A DNA stretch of 35,215 nt, taken from positions 1-35,215 of the forward strand of contig JAQBQW010000025.1 of NCBI GenBank assembly GCA_028286805.1, given 5' to 3'. Shown here piece after piece: positions 1 through 8,574 of the stretch; positions within the stretch are counted from its first letter, which is position 1; each line of letters starts with the position of its first letter. Source of the DNA: Parcubacteria group bacterium (GTDB lineage: Bacteria; Patescibacteriota; Minisyncoccia; Phycocordibacterales; Zambryskibacteraceae). The notes under the pieces were generated by a model. The model saw nothing but the letters and a program-made list of their open reading frames with translations, searched no databases and was not told where the DNA came from. The translations under genes and the position numbers were made by a program.

Positions 1-1101
1 CGTTGTCCAGGTGACCGTTGCGGTTGTTCCGGCAGTAGTTGAAGCAACGGAAGAAATAACCGGAGGGGTAACGTCTCCAGCGGTAGTAGTTGCATAAACT
101 GTAGAAGATTTTGCAGACTGATTCCCCTGTTCGTCTGTTGCTGAAATTGCATATCCGTATGCGGTGCTCGTAGCAAGCGTTGTATCCGAATACAAAAGTG
201 TCCCGGCTGTTGTAGACGCAATCCCAACTGTTGGCGTACAGCTCGCGCCCGTACATCTAAAAATGTTGTAATAGCTCACCCATTCGTTATCCGTAGAAGA
301 TGCCCATGAAAGATCCACCCGGGTCGGAGAAACTGGAGTGGTGGTTGCAGATCCAGGAACCGAAGGCACAGTACTGTCAATGATCGCCCCATAAAATGAA
401 GCAACGGTTGCCTGCCACAATGAATTCGTGCTGAATACCCAGTTTGAATTGTAAGATCCGCTTGCTGAAGGAACCACCTGATACGATGCGCTCGGACCCG
501 TACCTCCAGGAACCGGCTGAGTCAAAAGAGAGAAGCCCGAAGGTTGGGAGCTGATCGTTCCTCCTTTTCTCGTACCCATGATCAACAGCACGTTTTTTCC
601 GGCAACCGGAGTAATCGGTCCGGCAGCCGGACTTGTAGTGATCGAAGAATCAGTGTTAACCGGTCCAAGAATCGTACCGGATATTTTTACCCCGCTCCAT
701 TCTTGCATTGAACCTGCCGGAACCGCACCAACCGTCGAAGACAACGTAGCTGTCGCAGTTGTGCCTGCACCGGCTCCCACAATTCCGTACCATGTTTCAA
801 CAGCTGTGGATGTACCGATAACTGCTCTGCGCCACGTTACTCCTGTTTGAGTGATACTGGAAATACTTGAAACTCCGCTATTGACCACGCTTTCAAATGT
901 AAGAAAATTTCCGTTCGTTGGAGCAGACGAAAATGTAATCGCATATACAGGATTGCTTGCAGCACCGAACCCAACAGCTTCTTGTATCGGAGTGCTTGAA
1001 ATTGCTGCAATAACTTTGCTGGCTCCAAAACCGCCTGCACCAACAAGAACAAAGAGAGCAAGAACCAAGAACTTTTTAGAGAAAGTGCCGCCGTATTTCA
1101 T
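1..1101 (-). CDS. secreted/cell-surface protein with fibronectin type III-like repeats (partial; C-terminus runs off the window start)
   Basis: Not in the ORF track. Hand translation of the minus strand from ATG 1101..1099 stays open for all 367 codons to position 1. N-terminus MKYGGTFSKKFLVLALFVLVGAGGFGA is a signal/anchor. PVSPTRVDLSWASSTDNEWVSYYNIFRC...YSDTTLATSTAYGYAISATDEQGNQS fits the FN3 pattern, and a second repeat begins (TATVTWTT). Track ORFs 578..850(+), 851..1177(+) and 837..1061(-) are its shadows. Confidence 0.75.
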   Translation of the reverse strand, partial: MKYGGTFSKKFLVLALFVLVGAGGFGASKVIAAISSTPIQEAVGFGAASNPVYAITFSSAPTNGNFLTFESVVNSGVSSISSITQTGVTWRRAVIGTSTAVETWYGIVGAGAGTTATATLSSTVGAVPAGSMQEWSGVKISGTILGPVNTDSSITTSPAAGPITPVAGKNVLLIMGTRKGGTISSQPSGFSLLTQPVPGGTGPSASYQVVPSASGSYNSNWVFSTNSLWQATVASFYGAIIDSTVPSVPGSATTTPVSPTRVDLSWASSTDNEWVSYYNIFRCTGASCTPTVGIASTTAGTLLYSDTTLATSTAYGYAISATDEQGNQSAKSSTVYATTTAGDVTPPVISSVASTTAGTTATVTWTT

Positions 1102-1110
1102 GTTTCAAAT

Positions 1111-1116
1111 ATTATA
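1111..1116 (-). promoter_or_regulatory. candidate -10 box for the surface-protein gene
   Basis: Minus-strand TATAAT at 1116..1111, 9 nt upstream of ATG 1101. No convincing -35 and no SD, implying a very short leader. Confidence 0.35.
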
Positions 1117-1365
1117 CTACCATTCCACCTTTAAAGGCACTGTAAAATACGAGGCTGTGTATATCTTTTTTCTTTAATTTTATTTATTTTTTATTGCTTC
1201 GAATGGACTGAATAACTCCAATATTTTAAACACAATACCGCTACCCTTCTTTTAAGATTTTTAGACAGATCAGGTAATCAATATAATTTGGTTTCTGCAG
1301 AATTCAAGAAAAAAACTATCAAAATAGTATTAATAGAGAGTTATAAACATTACTAATGCTTACTG

Positions 1366-3342
1366 TTAATCCTCTATAATTAAGCCATCTTCACCAGTTT
1401 GCTTTCTTTTTGGAGTAATACCGCTTGCTATTAAAATGTCCTCAAATTCTTTCTGTTCGATGGTTTCGACTTCAATTAAACGCTTCGCAATGATATCGAG
1501 AAGGGGTCCGTATTTCTTAATGGCATTTTCTGCGCGCTGCATTCCCTCTTGCATGATCTTTGAAACTTCCGAATCTATTTCAGCGCTGACCTTTTCAGAA
1601 TATTCTTTATCATCTACTCCCTGACCAAAAACAACTCTTCCGTTTGATGCTTCGAGAGCAATCGGGCCAAGCTTTTCAGACATACCGTATTTGGTGACCA
1701 TGTCTCGCGCAAGCGCGGTCGACACTTGGAGATCGCTTGAAGGTCCAGTAGTAAGATCTCCAAAAATATTTTTCTCGACAACGTATCCGCCGAGAGTAAC
1801 GGCAATTGAATCGAGGAATTCTTTTTTGGATTGAATCTTTCGATCATCGATCGGAAGTCTCATCACGTAACCTGCTGCACGTCCGCGAGAGATGATGGAT
1901 ATTTTATGAACCGGATCTGCGTGCGGAAGAACCGACGCAACCAGCGCGTGTCCGGCTTCGTGATACGCCGTCAGTTCTTTTTCTTTCTTCGAAAGAATAT
2001 GTGACCGTCTTTCAGGTCCCAGCATAACCTTTTCGATTGAGCGAATGAGATCAAACTGACCGACAGTTACCCTGTTCTCTCTTGCAGCAAGAATAGCGGC
2101 TTCGTTCATCAAAGAATAAAGGTCTGCTCCGGAGAAACCTGGGGTACGTTCAGCGATCAATGGAAGATTTACATCTTCGGCGAAAGGTTTTTTGCGGGCG
2201 TGTATTTTCAAAATTTCCTGGCGGTCCTGTCTGTCCGGAAGGTCGAGAGTGACGCGGCGGTCGAAACGGCCCGGGCGGAGAAGCGCAGGATCTAAAACAT
2301 CCGGACGGTTAGTGGCGGCCATGACGATAACTTTTTCATTGGGTTCGAATCCGTCCATTTCAACCAAGATTTGGTTCAATGTTTGTTCGCGTTCATCATT
2401 CCCTCCTCCCATACCTGCACCACGGGCTCGTCCCACAGCGTCGATCTCGTCGACGAAAATAATCGCTGGTGCGGATTTCTTTGCGACATCAAACAGGTCT
2501 CGAACGCGAGATGCGCCGACTCCGACAAACATTTCCACAAACTCAGATCCCGAGATTGAGAAGAATGCCACTCCGGCTTCCCCAGCCACCGCACGGGCAA
2601 GAAGCGTCTTGCCGGTTCCCGGTGCGCCCATAAGAAGAATGCCTTTGGGAATACGCGCTCCGATATCCAAAAACTTCTTTGGATTTTTAAGGAAGTCCAC
2701 AATTTCAGACAATTCTTCTTTTGCCTCTCTTGCTCCAGCCACATCTTTAAAGGTCACGCGATTGTTTTTATCATCAGGGAGCGTCATGCGGGCTTTGGAC
2801 TGTCCGAAAGAAAGAGCCTGCATGCCCGCGCCTTTCACCTGTTTTGAAAACATCCAGATGAAGAAAATAATAAACAAGATCGGAAGAATGATGGGAGTGA
2901 GAGACAGAACCCAGTATATGAATCCCTGGTCATTCTTTACATCGATCTTCACCGTCGCCAATGCTTCGGGCAATATATTGTAATTTTTGAGAGTGGTGGA
3001 AAGCGCAGTTCCCTCTTCTTTTTTTGAAGTCTTTTTTGTTCCGTCTATATAGGTGATATCGAGATTGTCTCCTTTCACCACGATACTCTCGACAGTTTGC
3101 GCGGAAACATTTTGTGCCAATTCAGATACGGAAATTTCCTGAATATCTTTTCCCCCAGCTAGAAACGAATACGAAGTGATGAGAATAAGGAAGATGATCA
3201 ACGCCAATATTCCCTGTCCCATTGGACCTTTGCTGCGTGGACCGGGAGTAACCTTTTGGATGGCATCCTTAAGCTGCTTCTTTCCCTTCTCGATTCCCTG
3301 ATCGACTTTATTCTCTTGCTTTGGTGGAGTTTTCTTCGGCAT
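1366..3342 (-). CDS. ftsH: ATP-dependent zinc metalloprotease FtsH
   Basis: 658-aa ORF with N-terminal TM segments, Walker [12 protein letters not shown], Walker B IIFVDEID and zinc site HEAGHA. Confidence 0.97.
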   Translation of the reverse strand: MPKKTPPKQENKVDQGIEKGKKQLKDAIQKVTPGPRSKGPMGQGILALIIFLILITSYSFLAGGKDIQEISVSELAQNVSAQTVESIVVKGDNLDITYIDGTKKTSKKEEGTALSTTLKNYNILPEALATVKIDVKNDQGFIYWVLSLTPIILPILFIIFFIWMFSKQVKGAGMQALSFGQSKARMTLPDDKNNRVTFKDVAGAREAKEELSEIVDFLKNPKKFLDIGARIPKGILLMGAPGTGKTLLARAVAGEAGVAFFSISGSEFVEMFVGVGASRVRDLFDVAKKSAPAIIFVDEIDAVGRARGAGMGGGNDEREQTLNQILVEMDGFEPNEKVIVMAATNRPDVLDPALLRPGRFDRRVTLDLPDRQDRQEILKIHARKKPFAEDVNLPLIAERTPGFSGADLYSLMNEAAILAARENRVTVGQFDLIRSIEKVMLGPERRSHILSKKEKELTAYHEAGHALVASVLPHADPVHKISIISRGRAAGYVMRLPIDDRKIQSKKEFLDSIAVTLGGYVVEKNIFGDLTTGPSSDLQVSTALARDMVTKYGMSEKLGPIALEASNGRVVFGQGVDDKEYSEKVSAEIDSEVSKIMQEGMQRAENAIKKYGPLLDIIAKRLIEVETIEQKEFEDILIASGITPKRKQTGEDGLIIED

Positions 3343-3350
3343 AGACCCGT

Positions 3351-3356
3351 ATTATA
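3351..3356 (-). promoter_or_regulatory. candidate -10 box for ftsH
   Basis: Minus-strand TATAAT at 3356..3351, 8 nt upstream of ATG 3342. No SD and a weak -35. Confidence 0.35.
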
Positions 3357-3384
3357 CCGATAATCGCTTATTTTTCCATATTTT

Positions 3385-3393
3385 TGTTATTAT
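3385..3393 (+). promoter_or_regulatory. candidate extended -10 box for smpB (leaderless geometry)
   Basis: TGtTATTAT at 3385..3393, then exactly 6 nt (TCTTTC) before ATG 3400. No SD. Confidence 0.4.
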
Positions 3394-3399
3394 TCTTTC

Positions 3400-3837
3400 A
3401 TGCCTACATTTGCCGAAAACCGCAAAGCCCGGTTCGATTACGAAATCCTCGAAAGCTTCCCTGCGGGCATCGAGCTTTTTGGAAGCGAGGTGAAATCGGT
3501 GCGGGCCGGGAAAATATCTCTGGCGGGTTCATTCGTCATCATCCGAGGCAGAGAAGCCTTTCTTCAGGGTGCAAAAATAGAGCCGTACCAGCCGAACAAC
3601 GAAGCGTCTGACCAAGAACCCGAGAGACCAATAAAGTTATTGTTGAGGAAAGACGAGATTGAAAAACTGGAGAAAGCAGACTCTTCCAAAGGATTGACAA
3701 TAGTGCCAATTAAGGTGTATAATAATGGCAGGTTTCTGAAGCTCGAGCTTGCAATTGTCCGCGGAAAGAAGCAATTCGACAAACGCCAGACAATTAAAAA
3801 GCGAGACGTTGAAAGAGACCTGAAAAAAGATTTTTAA
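3400..3837 (+). CDS. smpB: SsrA-binding protein SmpB
   Basis: 145-aa ORF (MPTFAENRKARFDYEILE..., basic C-terminal tail), typical SmpB length and sequence. The tmRNA gene starts 3 nt after its stop. Confidence 0.95.
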   Translation: MPTFAENRKARFDYEILESFPAGIELFGSEVKSVRAGKISLAGSFVIIRGREAFLQGAKIEPYQPNNEASDQEPERPIKLLLRKDEIEKLEKADSSKGLTIVPIKVYNNGRFLKLELAIVRGKKQFDKRQTIKKRDVERDLKKDF

Positions 3838-3840
3838 AAT

Positions 3841-4239
3841 GGGGATGACTTGCTTTGACAATATGTCTATTCCCCCGACGCGCGAGAGAGCTGAAGTGAC
3901 TCTTTAATCCGCTTCACAACCAACTGCAAAATCAGTTGCAAAAGTTATCTCTCCGTTTTATACGGCGAATGACTTCCAGTTCGCATACGCTCGAGTTTAA
4001 TTACTCGCGTTCCGAATCGGCGTACTTCGAGATGGGTGCTTGATACTCTCGTCTGTGCGTAATACCCCAAGATAGAAACCGCAATTCCTCGTCTCGGTTT
4101 TGAAACTAAGAGGATAGGTTGAAAAGAGCTTTCGTTTGTTTTGTATCTTTTTGACCGAAACACATGAAGCAAACTACCTCGCGTAGACCTCTCGGGAATC
4201 CCATGTTGCACCCGGGTTCACTGCCCGGCATCTCCACCA
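3841..4239 (+). ncRNA. ssrA: transfer-messenger RNA (tmRNA)
   Basis: Starts GGGGATGACTTGCTTTGAC and ends CCCGGGTTCACTGCCCGGCATCTCCACCA. 5-prime GGGGATG pairs with CATCTCC to give a 7-bp acceptor stem with a G3:U wobble (alanine identity). T-arm is CCGGG/CCCGG with a 7-nt loop, and CCA is encoded. It sits immediately after smpB, has an internal tag frame ending TAA 3998..4000, and is followed by a terminator. Confidence 0.85.
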
Positions 4240-4247
4240 TACTGCAG

Positions 4248-4273
4248 ACCGCCCCACGGGCGGTTTTGCTTTT
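4248..4273 (+). terminator. intrinsic terminator of ssrA
   Basis: ACCGCCC-cac-GGGCGGT hairpin (4248-4264) followed by TTTGCTTTT. Confidence 0.6.
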
Positions 4274-4283
4274 ATATACCCCT

Positions 4284-4312
4284 TTGACTTTTATACATAT
4301 TTGTGATAATGT
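4284..4312 (+). promoter_or_regulatory. sigma70-type promoter of the GC-rich cassette gene
   Basis: TTGACT (4284-4289), 17 nt, TAATGT (4307-4312). An alternative reading is TGtGATAAT. It lies about 35 nt upstream of ATG 4347. Confidence 0.55.
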
Positions 4313-4346
4313 ACAACCAGGCCCATCACCCACACCTGGACAACAC

Positions 4347-4676
4347 ATGCGTAACCGCATCCCGATCTTCGTCTTTGCCCTTGCCTTTGCAGCCTCTGGA
4401 TTCGCCCTTCGTGTCGAAAACCTCACGAAGGATGCGCCGATGATTCGAGCTGCTCAGCTCGCCTCGGGCATCGACTCGGATCATCTCGACCAGAGATACT
4501 GCGCGTACTCGATCACGACACTGGAAGAAACCGCCGACCTGCGCAACCAAGCGCAAAAGGCCGGCACCATCATCCTGTGCGACGTGAACGGGAAGATCCC
4601 GGACAATCCGATCAATCGCCTTCGGATCGCCGAGGCAAAGACCCTGGTGCTGAACCAGTACCCGGACTTCAAGTAG
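4347..4676 (+). CDS. small secreted protein, unknown function (GC-rich cassette)
   Basis: Internal ATG of track ORF 4164..4676; the upstream part of that ORF overlaps the tmRNA and its terminator. The 109-aa product starts MRNRIPIFVFALAFAASGFAL (signal peptide). It has its own promoter and terminator. A sampled line (4561-4620) is 36/60 G+C. Confidence 0.6.
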   Translation: MRNRIPIFVFALAFAASGFALRVENLTKDAPMIRAAQLASGIDSDHLDQRYCAYSITTLEETADLRNQAQKAGTIILCDVNGKIPDNPINRLRIAEAKTLVLNQYPDFK

Positions 4677-4697
4677 TCCGTGACCCGACGCATTACC

Positions 4698-4731
4698 CTG
4701 CACCTGCCTCCGGCCGGTGCAGTTTTCTTTT
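4698..4731 (+). terminator. intrinsic terminator of the 4347 gene
   Basis: CTGCACC (4698-4704) and GGTGCAG (4716-4722) form a stem, followed by TTTTCTTTT. Confidence 0.6.
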
Positions 4732-4927
4732 ATCTTTTCTCCAGCTGTTCGATTCTTTTTTCTAATGCTTCCAACTTATCATCGTCGTCTTTGTGGTGCT
4801 TTGTAAATCGTTGAAACAGCGGCCAAATAATGAGACCGATGAGAACATCGAAAATAAAAATGAGGAATAATTCAAATTCCCAGTGAGGCAAATCTCTCAG
4901 GAGTGTCCAGAATGTTTCTTGTTCCAT
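4730..4927 (-). CDS. small membrane protein, unknown function
   Basis: 65 aa from ATG 4927 (MEQETFWTLLRDLPHWEFELFLIFIFDVLIGLIIWPLF...) with one hydrophobic helix and an acidic tail. The GTG start at 4948 in the track overlaps the -10 box, so ATG 4927 is preferred. Confidence 0.5.
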   Translation of the reverse strand: MEQETFWTLLRDLPHWEFELFLIFIFDVLIGLIIWPLFQRFTKHHKDDDDKLEALEKRIEQLEKR

Positions 4928-4936
4928 AATATATGG

Positions 4937-4945
4937 ATTATACCA
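4937..4945 (-). promoter_or_regulatory. extended -10 promoter element
   Basis: Minus-strand TGgTATAAT (4945..4937), 9 nt upstream of ATG 4927. Confidence 0.45.
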
Positions 4946-5011
4946 CACGTTGACGCATATTTAATTCACTTGTATCGTAATGATAGAACCCTAACCTGGA
5001 GGACGTGCGCC

Positions 5012-5305
5012 ATGTGGAAGAAAAAGCTGCTGATCCTTCAGATTTTGTATCGGGAACCCAACCAAGAAGCTTCGGGCCAGGAAATTGCTCGTCAGGTTAA
5101 TGGAGAGATTCCGAAACGTCTCTTTGATGCTTATCTGTATTCCCTGGAAGCAGAGAAATACATTCTCTGTAATCTTAAAAGTTCTTCACTTCCGGGACCA
5201 GAGGAATGCGTATACAAGTTAACCTCCTTGGGTGAGAAACATTTTAAGAAAGCTCTCAAAATCTACGAGCCCAGCTTCATTGATCGATTCTTCCGCCGTT
5301 CTTAG
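5012..5305 (+). CDS. small winged-helix (PadR-like) putative transcription regulator
   Basis: 97 aa from ATG 5012, preceded by GGAGGA. The pattern LILQILYREPNQEASGQEIARQV ... YKLTSLGEKHF resembles PadR/wHTH proteins. The assignment is by eye only. Confidence 0.5.
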   Translation: MWKKKLLILQILYREPNQEASGQEIARQVNGEIPKRLFDAYLYSLEAEKYILCNLKSSSLPGPEECVYKLTSLGEKHFKKALKIYEPSFIDRFFRRS

Positions 5306-5306
5306 T

Positions 5307-5335
5307 GCCAGCACTATGTTGGTACTTTTTATTTT
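5307..5335 (+). terminator. weak intrinsic terminator
   Basis: GCCAGCA-cta-TGTTGGT (two G:U pairs) followed by ACTTTTTATTTT. Confidence 0.35.
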
Positions 5336-5403
5336 GCTTTTTTATATAGAAAGAGTAATGTGAATTTAGATCCATTCTATCTTCCCCTTCAACGAAGGTT
5401 CCC

Positions 5404-5964
5404 ATGACTTGGCAAGAAGAGGAAATAACGAAATGCGACATATGTGGAGAATCCGCTCCCACAAGTGAATCTAGATTTGTGGAAGGCAAGTCTGGAACAA
5501 TCTGCGAAGATTGTGTAGGAGTAGCTAACAAAGCACTATCGTATGTCCACCTAGGTACAGATTCCCTAGAAAAATTTCCCTTCATTCTTCAATGCCTGAC
5601 GTACGGAAGTATCATATCAATCGAGGCAACGGATCAATTAGGACTAGGTAATCCGGCATTCATTACACGAGCATTGCTGAGTCAACGATTTGGATCCATG
5701 ATGGAATTCCTGGAGTTCGTTTTCATCACAATCAACACTCAAGTAGAGTCTGCAATATCGCTCCCGGATGGTTTTGAAAACGGACTTGTACACGTGCTAC
5801 ATGAAGGAATGTCTCTATGTGGTTTTTCAAGGAACACTCCCACCTGTTGGCCGAAGAATCACACGTTCACTACTGCAGATAATAATTTTGAAGGAGTGAC
5901 TTGCATGCAATGCCAAGCACTTATTCAAGATCGTTTCCCAGATCACCCTGCACTGACCCAATAA
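5404..5964 (+). CDS. hypothetical protein with N-terminal ClpX-type C4 zinc ribbon
   Basis: 186 aa. KCDICGESAPTSESRFVEGKSGTICEDCV matches the CxxC...CxxC ClpX zinc-binding-domain pattern. The rest is unrecognised. Confidence 0.55.
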   Translation: MTWQEEEITKCDICGESAPTSESRFVEGKSGTICEDCVGVANKALSYVHLGTDSLEKFPFILQCLTYGSIISIEATDQLGLGNPAFITRALLSQRFGSMMEFLEFVFITINTQVESAISLPDGFENGLVHVLHEGMSLCGFSRNTPTCWPKNHTFTTADNNFEGVTCMQCQALIQDRFPDHPALTQ

Positions 5965-5979
5965 GTCCGTGCTTTTTTC
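5951..5979 (+). terminator. intrinsic terminator
   Basis: CACTGAC (5951-5957) and GTCCGTG (5965-5971) form a stem with one mismatch and the stop codon in the loop, followed by CTTTTTTC. Confidence 0.45.
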
Positions 5980-6025
5980 TTTAGATTCAAATTACACTCT
6001 CATTCGTCTATATTCTGTACACCCC

Positions 6026-7372
6026 ATGACGTTTGCTTTATACCAGCATCTCAGGAACATCAGCAAATCCAGCCCTAAAATGGTCACCGCCCTCATTATC
6101 ATCGGATTCTTTGCAGTCTTACTGACCATCATTTCATGGTTCACTCCTCTGAGCGATAACTCGGTAGATTTTTCCACCACCGTCCCTACCCCCTTGGGAA
6201 GTCCGGAATTCTTTCTTGCTGCAGAAAGCATTGCGGGCTCCGCTTCGTATCCAATTTTAAAAGATGAGCCGGTTACAATCCTGAACAACGGTAAAGAATT
6301 CGTGCCGGATCTTTTGAATGAAATCCAAAACGCCAAGCATTCCATTACTCTGGCAAATTACATTTGGAAAAAAGGAACGCTCACCAACCAGATATTCGAC
6401 GCCATCACCGCAAAAGCGAAAGAAGGGGTACAGGTGCGGGTTATCATGGACGCAACCGCAAGCTTGAAAGCTCCCCACGATAAAATCGAAGCATTTGAAA
6501 AAGCCGGAGGAAAGATGGAGAAATTCAGGCCATTCGGATTGAGAACTATCACCCGCATGAACAAACGAACTCATCTTCGTGCGATGGTGATCGACGGCAT
6601 AGTCGGATATACCGGAGGAGTAGCCTTTGATGACGAATGGCTTGGAGACGGAACCAAGCCAGATGAGTGGAGAGACATCATGTTCAAGTTTCAAGGACAA
6701 GGTGCGCGAAGCATTCAAAACATGTTCAACGCCTTATGGAGACAAACGAGTGGAGAAATACTGTCCGGCCCAGATTTCTATCCCGAACTTCCTCCTTCAG
6801 TAGTATCAGACCCATGTACAGATTCATGCTTCATTCCCCTCCTGCAAATCCCTTCTCCGGATCTTGAAAAGAATCTCAGCCAGTTTCTGTGGATTTCAAT
6901 CATGGGTGCAAAGGATCATGTATATATTGAAACTCCGTATCTGTTGCCAGACAAAAATATCTTGAGCGCGTTAAAACAAAAAGTGGAGGAGGGAGTGCGG
7001 GTAGACATCATTATCCCCGGACCGCATGTGGATTCCCGAATCGTACAGCTTGCTACCCGTTCATACTATAAAGAAGTGCTCAGCATGGGAGTTCATTTAT
7101 ACGAATACCAGCCGGCGCATATGCATTCAAAAATTATGACTGCAGACGGACACTGGTCTGTGATCGGCTCGGCCAACTTAGATAACCGCTCGAGCACATT
7201 GAATGTCGAAGGAATGTTTGGAGTGGAAGACAAAACACTCGCCAAAGGTATTGAGGAGCAATTTGAATTGGATAAAAGCAGATCAGTTGAGATTACAGAC
7301 CAATCCTTTGTCGCCACAATCCGGGACCGCATCTTTGGAAGAATTTCCCGCCTATTTGCCAAACAATACTAA
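6026..7372 (+). CDS. cls: phospholipase D-family cardiolipin synthase
   Basis: Second HKD motif is HSKIMTADGHWSVIGSANLDNRS; the first copy is degenerate (HLRAMVIDGIVGYTGGVAFDDEW). An N-terminal TM segment is present. ATG 6026 is preferred to the GTG at 5969, which overlaps the upstream terminator. Confidence 0.85.
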   Translation: MTFALYQHLRNISKSSPKMVTALIIIGFFAVLLTIISWFTPLSDNSVDFSTTVPTPLGSPEFFLAAESIAGSASYPILKDEPVTILNNGKEFVPDLLNEIQNAKHSITLANYIWKKGTLTNQIFDAITAKAKEGVQVRVIMDATASLKAPHDKIEAFEKAGGKMEKFRPFGLRTITRMNKRTHLRAMVIDGIVGYTGGVAFDDEWLGDGTKPDEWRDIMFKFQGQGARSIQNMFNALWRQTSGEILSGPDFYPELPPSVVSDPCTDSCFIPLLQIPSPDLEKNLSQFLWISIMGAKDHVYIETPYLLPDKNILSALKQKVEEGVRVDIIIPGPHVDSRIVQLATRSYYKEVLSMGVHLYEYQPAHMHSKIMTADGHWSVIGSANLDNRSSTLNVEGMFGVEDKTLAKGIEEQFELDKSRSVEITDQSFVATIRDRIFGRISRLFAKQY

Positions 7373-7396
7373 GTCCTGTCCTTTGTATATAAAATA

Positions 7397-7405
7397 TGCT
7401 ATAAT
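7397..7405 (+). promoter_or_regulatory. extended -10 promoter of the infC operon
   Basis: TGcTATAAT at 7397..7405, 24 nt upstream of the TTG start at 7430. Confidence 0.5.
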
Positions 7406-7429
7406 ACCAACACTAAACCAACAGAGACT

Positions 7430-7936
7430 TTGCAAACCACTCGTATTAACCAGCGCATCACCTCACGCGAACTCCGCGTTATTGGCCCAACAGGTGAAAA
7501 CTTTGGAGTTATCTCACTCGAAGAAGCTCTAAAAAAGGCGGCTGAATTCGACCTCGATCTTATCGAGATCTCCCCTAATGCCATTCCTCCGATCGCAAAG
7601 ATTGCGGATTTCGGCAAATACCAATACGAAGAGAATAAGAAGCAGAAAGTGGCTAAATCTAAAGCCCACTCGGTTGAGGTGAAGAACGTTCAGATCAAGC
7701 TTGGAACTGGAGACCATGACCTCTCTCTTAAAGCCAAGAAAGCCTCTGAATGGCTTGGCGAAGGAAACAGGGTAAAAGTGGACCTTTTCCTCCCCGGACG
7801 TGCCAAATACCTCGATGAGAAGTTCCTCAGAGAACGCATTGAACGGTTCCTCAAACTCCTTACCGTAGCCCACAAAGTGGCTTCTTCCCCGGTCAAAAGC
7901 CCTAAGGGTATGACTATTATTGTTGAGAAGGCATAA
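7430..7936 (+). CDS. infC: translation initiation factor IF-3
   Basis: 168 aa (INQRITSRELRVIGPTGENFGVISLEEALKKAAEFDLDLIEISPNA...). First gene of the canonical infC-rpmI-rplT order. The start codon at 7430 is TTG. Confidence 0.93.
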   Translation: MQTTRINQRITSRELRVIGPTGENFGVISLEEALKKAAEFDLDLIEISPNAIPPIAKIADFGKYQYEENKKQKVAKSKAHSVEVKNVQIKLGTGDHDLSLKAKKASEWLGEGNRVKVDLFLPGRAKYLDEKFLRERIERFLKLLTVAHKVASSPVKSPKGMTIIVEKA

Positions 7937-7993
7937 TACTAGACATTTTAAGGGTTTCCTGTAATATAGGGTACCTAACCGAACCAGTGCTAT

Positions 7994-8185
7994 ATGGCAA
8001 TGAAATCGAATAAATCCTATGGAAAACGCTTGAAGGTCACCAAGACCGGCAAGATTTTGGCGCGCAAAACCGGCCAAAACCACTTCAACTCCAAAGAACG
8101 CCGTTCAGCAAAAAGAAACAAGGCGGGTACTGTTCCCTTTCATATGTCTAACAAGGAACGAAGCCGTTTCCTCGTCAACTTTTAA
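7994..8185 (+). CDS. rpmI: 50S ribosomal protein L35
   Basis: 63-aa basic ORF (MKSNKSYGKRLKVTKTGKILARK...) between infC and rplT. Confidence 0.93.
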   Translation: MAMKSNKSYGKRLKVTKTGKILARKTGQNHFNSKERRSAKRNKAGTVPFHMSNKERSRFLVNF

Positions 8186-8201
8186 TATTTAATATACTGA
8201 T

Positions 8202-8546
8202 ATGACAAGAGTTAAGAAAGGAGTAAACGCCCTCAAATCAAGAAAGAATATCCTCCGAAAGGTTAAAGGATACAGGCACGGACGCTCAACCAAGGAAAGA
8301 CAGGCAAACGAAGCTATCTTCCATGCTGGAACATATTCATTTGCACACAGACGAGACAAGAAAGGAGACTTTCGAAGACTTTGGAACGTTCGCATCAGCT
8401 CTTCTCTCAAACAGATGGGAACTTCATACTCTAAATTCATCCACGCTCTCAAACTAAAGAACATTGGTCTCGACCGAAAGATTCTTTCAGACCTCGCACA
8501 GAATCATCCTGAAATCTTTAAAAAGGTTCTCGAGGCGACTAAATAA
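8202..8546 (+). CDS. rplT: 50S ribosomal protein L20
   Basis: 114 aa (MTRVKKGVNALKSRKNILRKVKGYRHGRS...), typical L20. Confidence 0.95.
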   Translation: MTRVKKGVNALKSRKNILRKVKGYRHGRSTKERQANEAIFHAGTYSFAHRRDKKGDFRRLWNVRISSSLKQMGTSYSKFIHALKLKNIGLDRKILSDLAQNHPEIFKKVLEATK

Positions 8547-8547
8547 C

Positions 8548-8573
8548 AAAAAGCTCCCGAAAGGGAGTTTTTG
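8548..8573. terminator. bidirectional intrinsic terminator
   Basis: AAAAAGCTCCC-gaaa-GGGAGTTTTT is symmetric, with an A-run and a T-run. It lies between convergent rplT (+) and the 54-aa ORF (-). Confidence 0.7.
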
Positions 8574-8574
8574 T

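Noticed and set aside
1102-1365. AT-rich 264-bp spacer between ftsH and the surface-protein gene as a possible ncRNA or origin-like region
   Set aside because: I saw only low-complexity A/T runs, with no convincing hairpins, DnaA-box-like repeats or conserved motifs. It most likely holds promoter and terminator space.
2192-2983. 263-aa plus-strand ORF (and smaller ones) antisense to ftsH
   Set aside because: The translation is Arg/Ser/Pro-rich and low-complexity, and it lies entirely inside the well-supported ftsH CDS. It is a typical shadow ORF.
4164-4346. N-terminal 61 codons of track ORF 4164..4676
   Set aside because: This part overlaps the 3-prime end of the tmRNA, its terminator and the cassette promoter. 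The internal ATG 4347 gives a clean signal peptide.
4240-4731. Calling the tmRNA-adjacent cassette a mobile element or prophage remnant
   Set aside because: There is no integrase, transposase or phage gene. By eye there is no direct repeat of the tmRNA 3-prime end at the far boundary. It is kept only as a compositional cassette.
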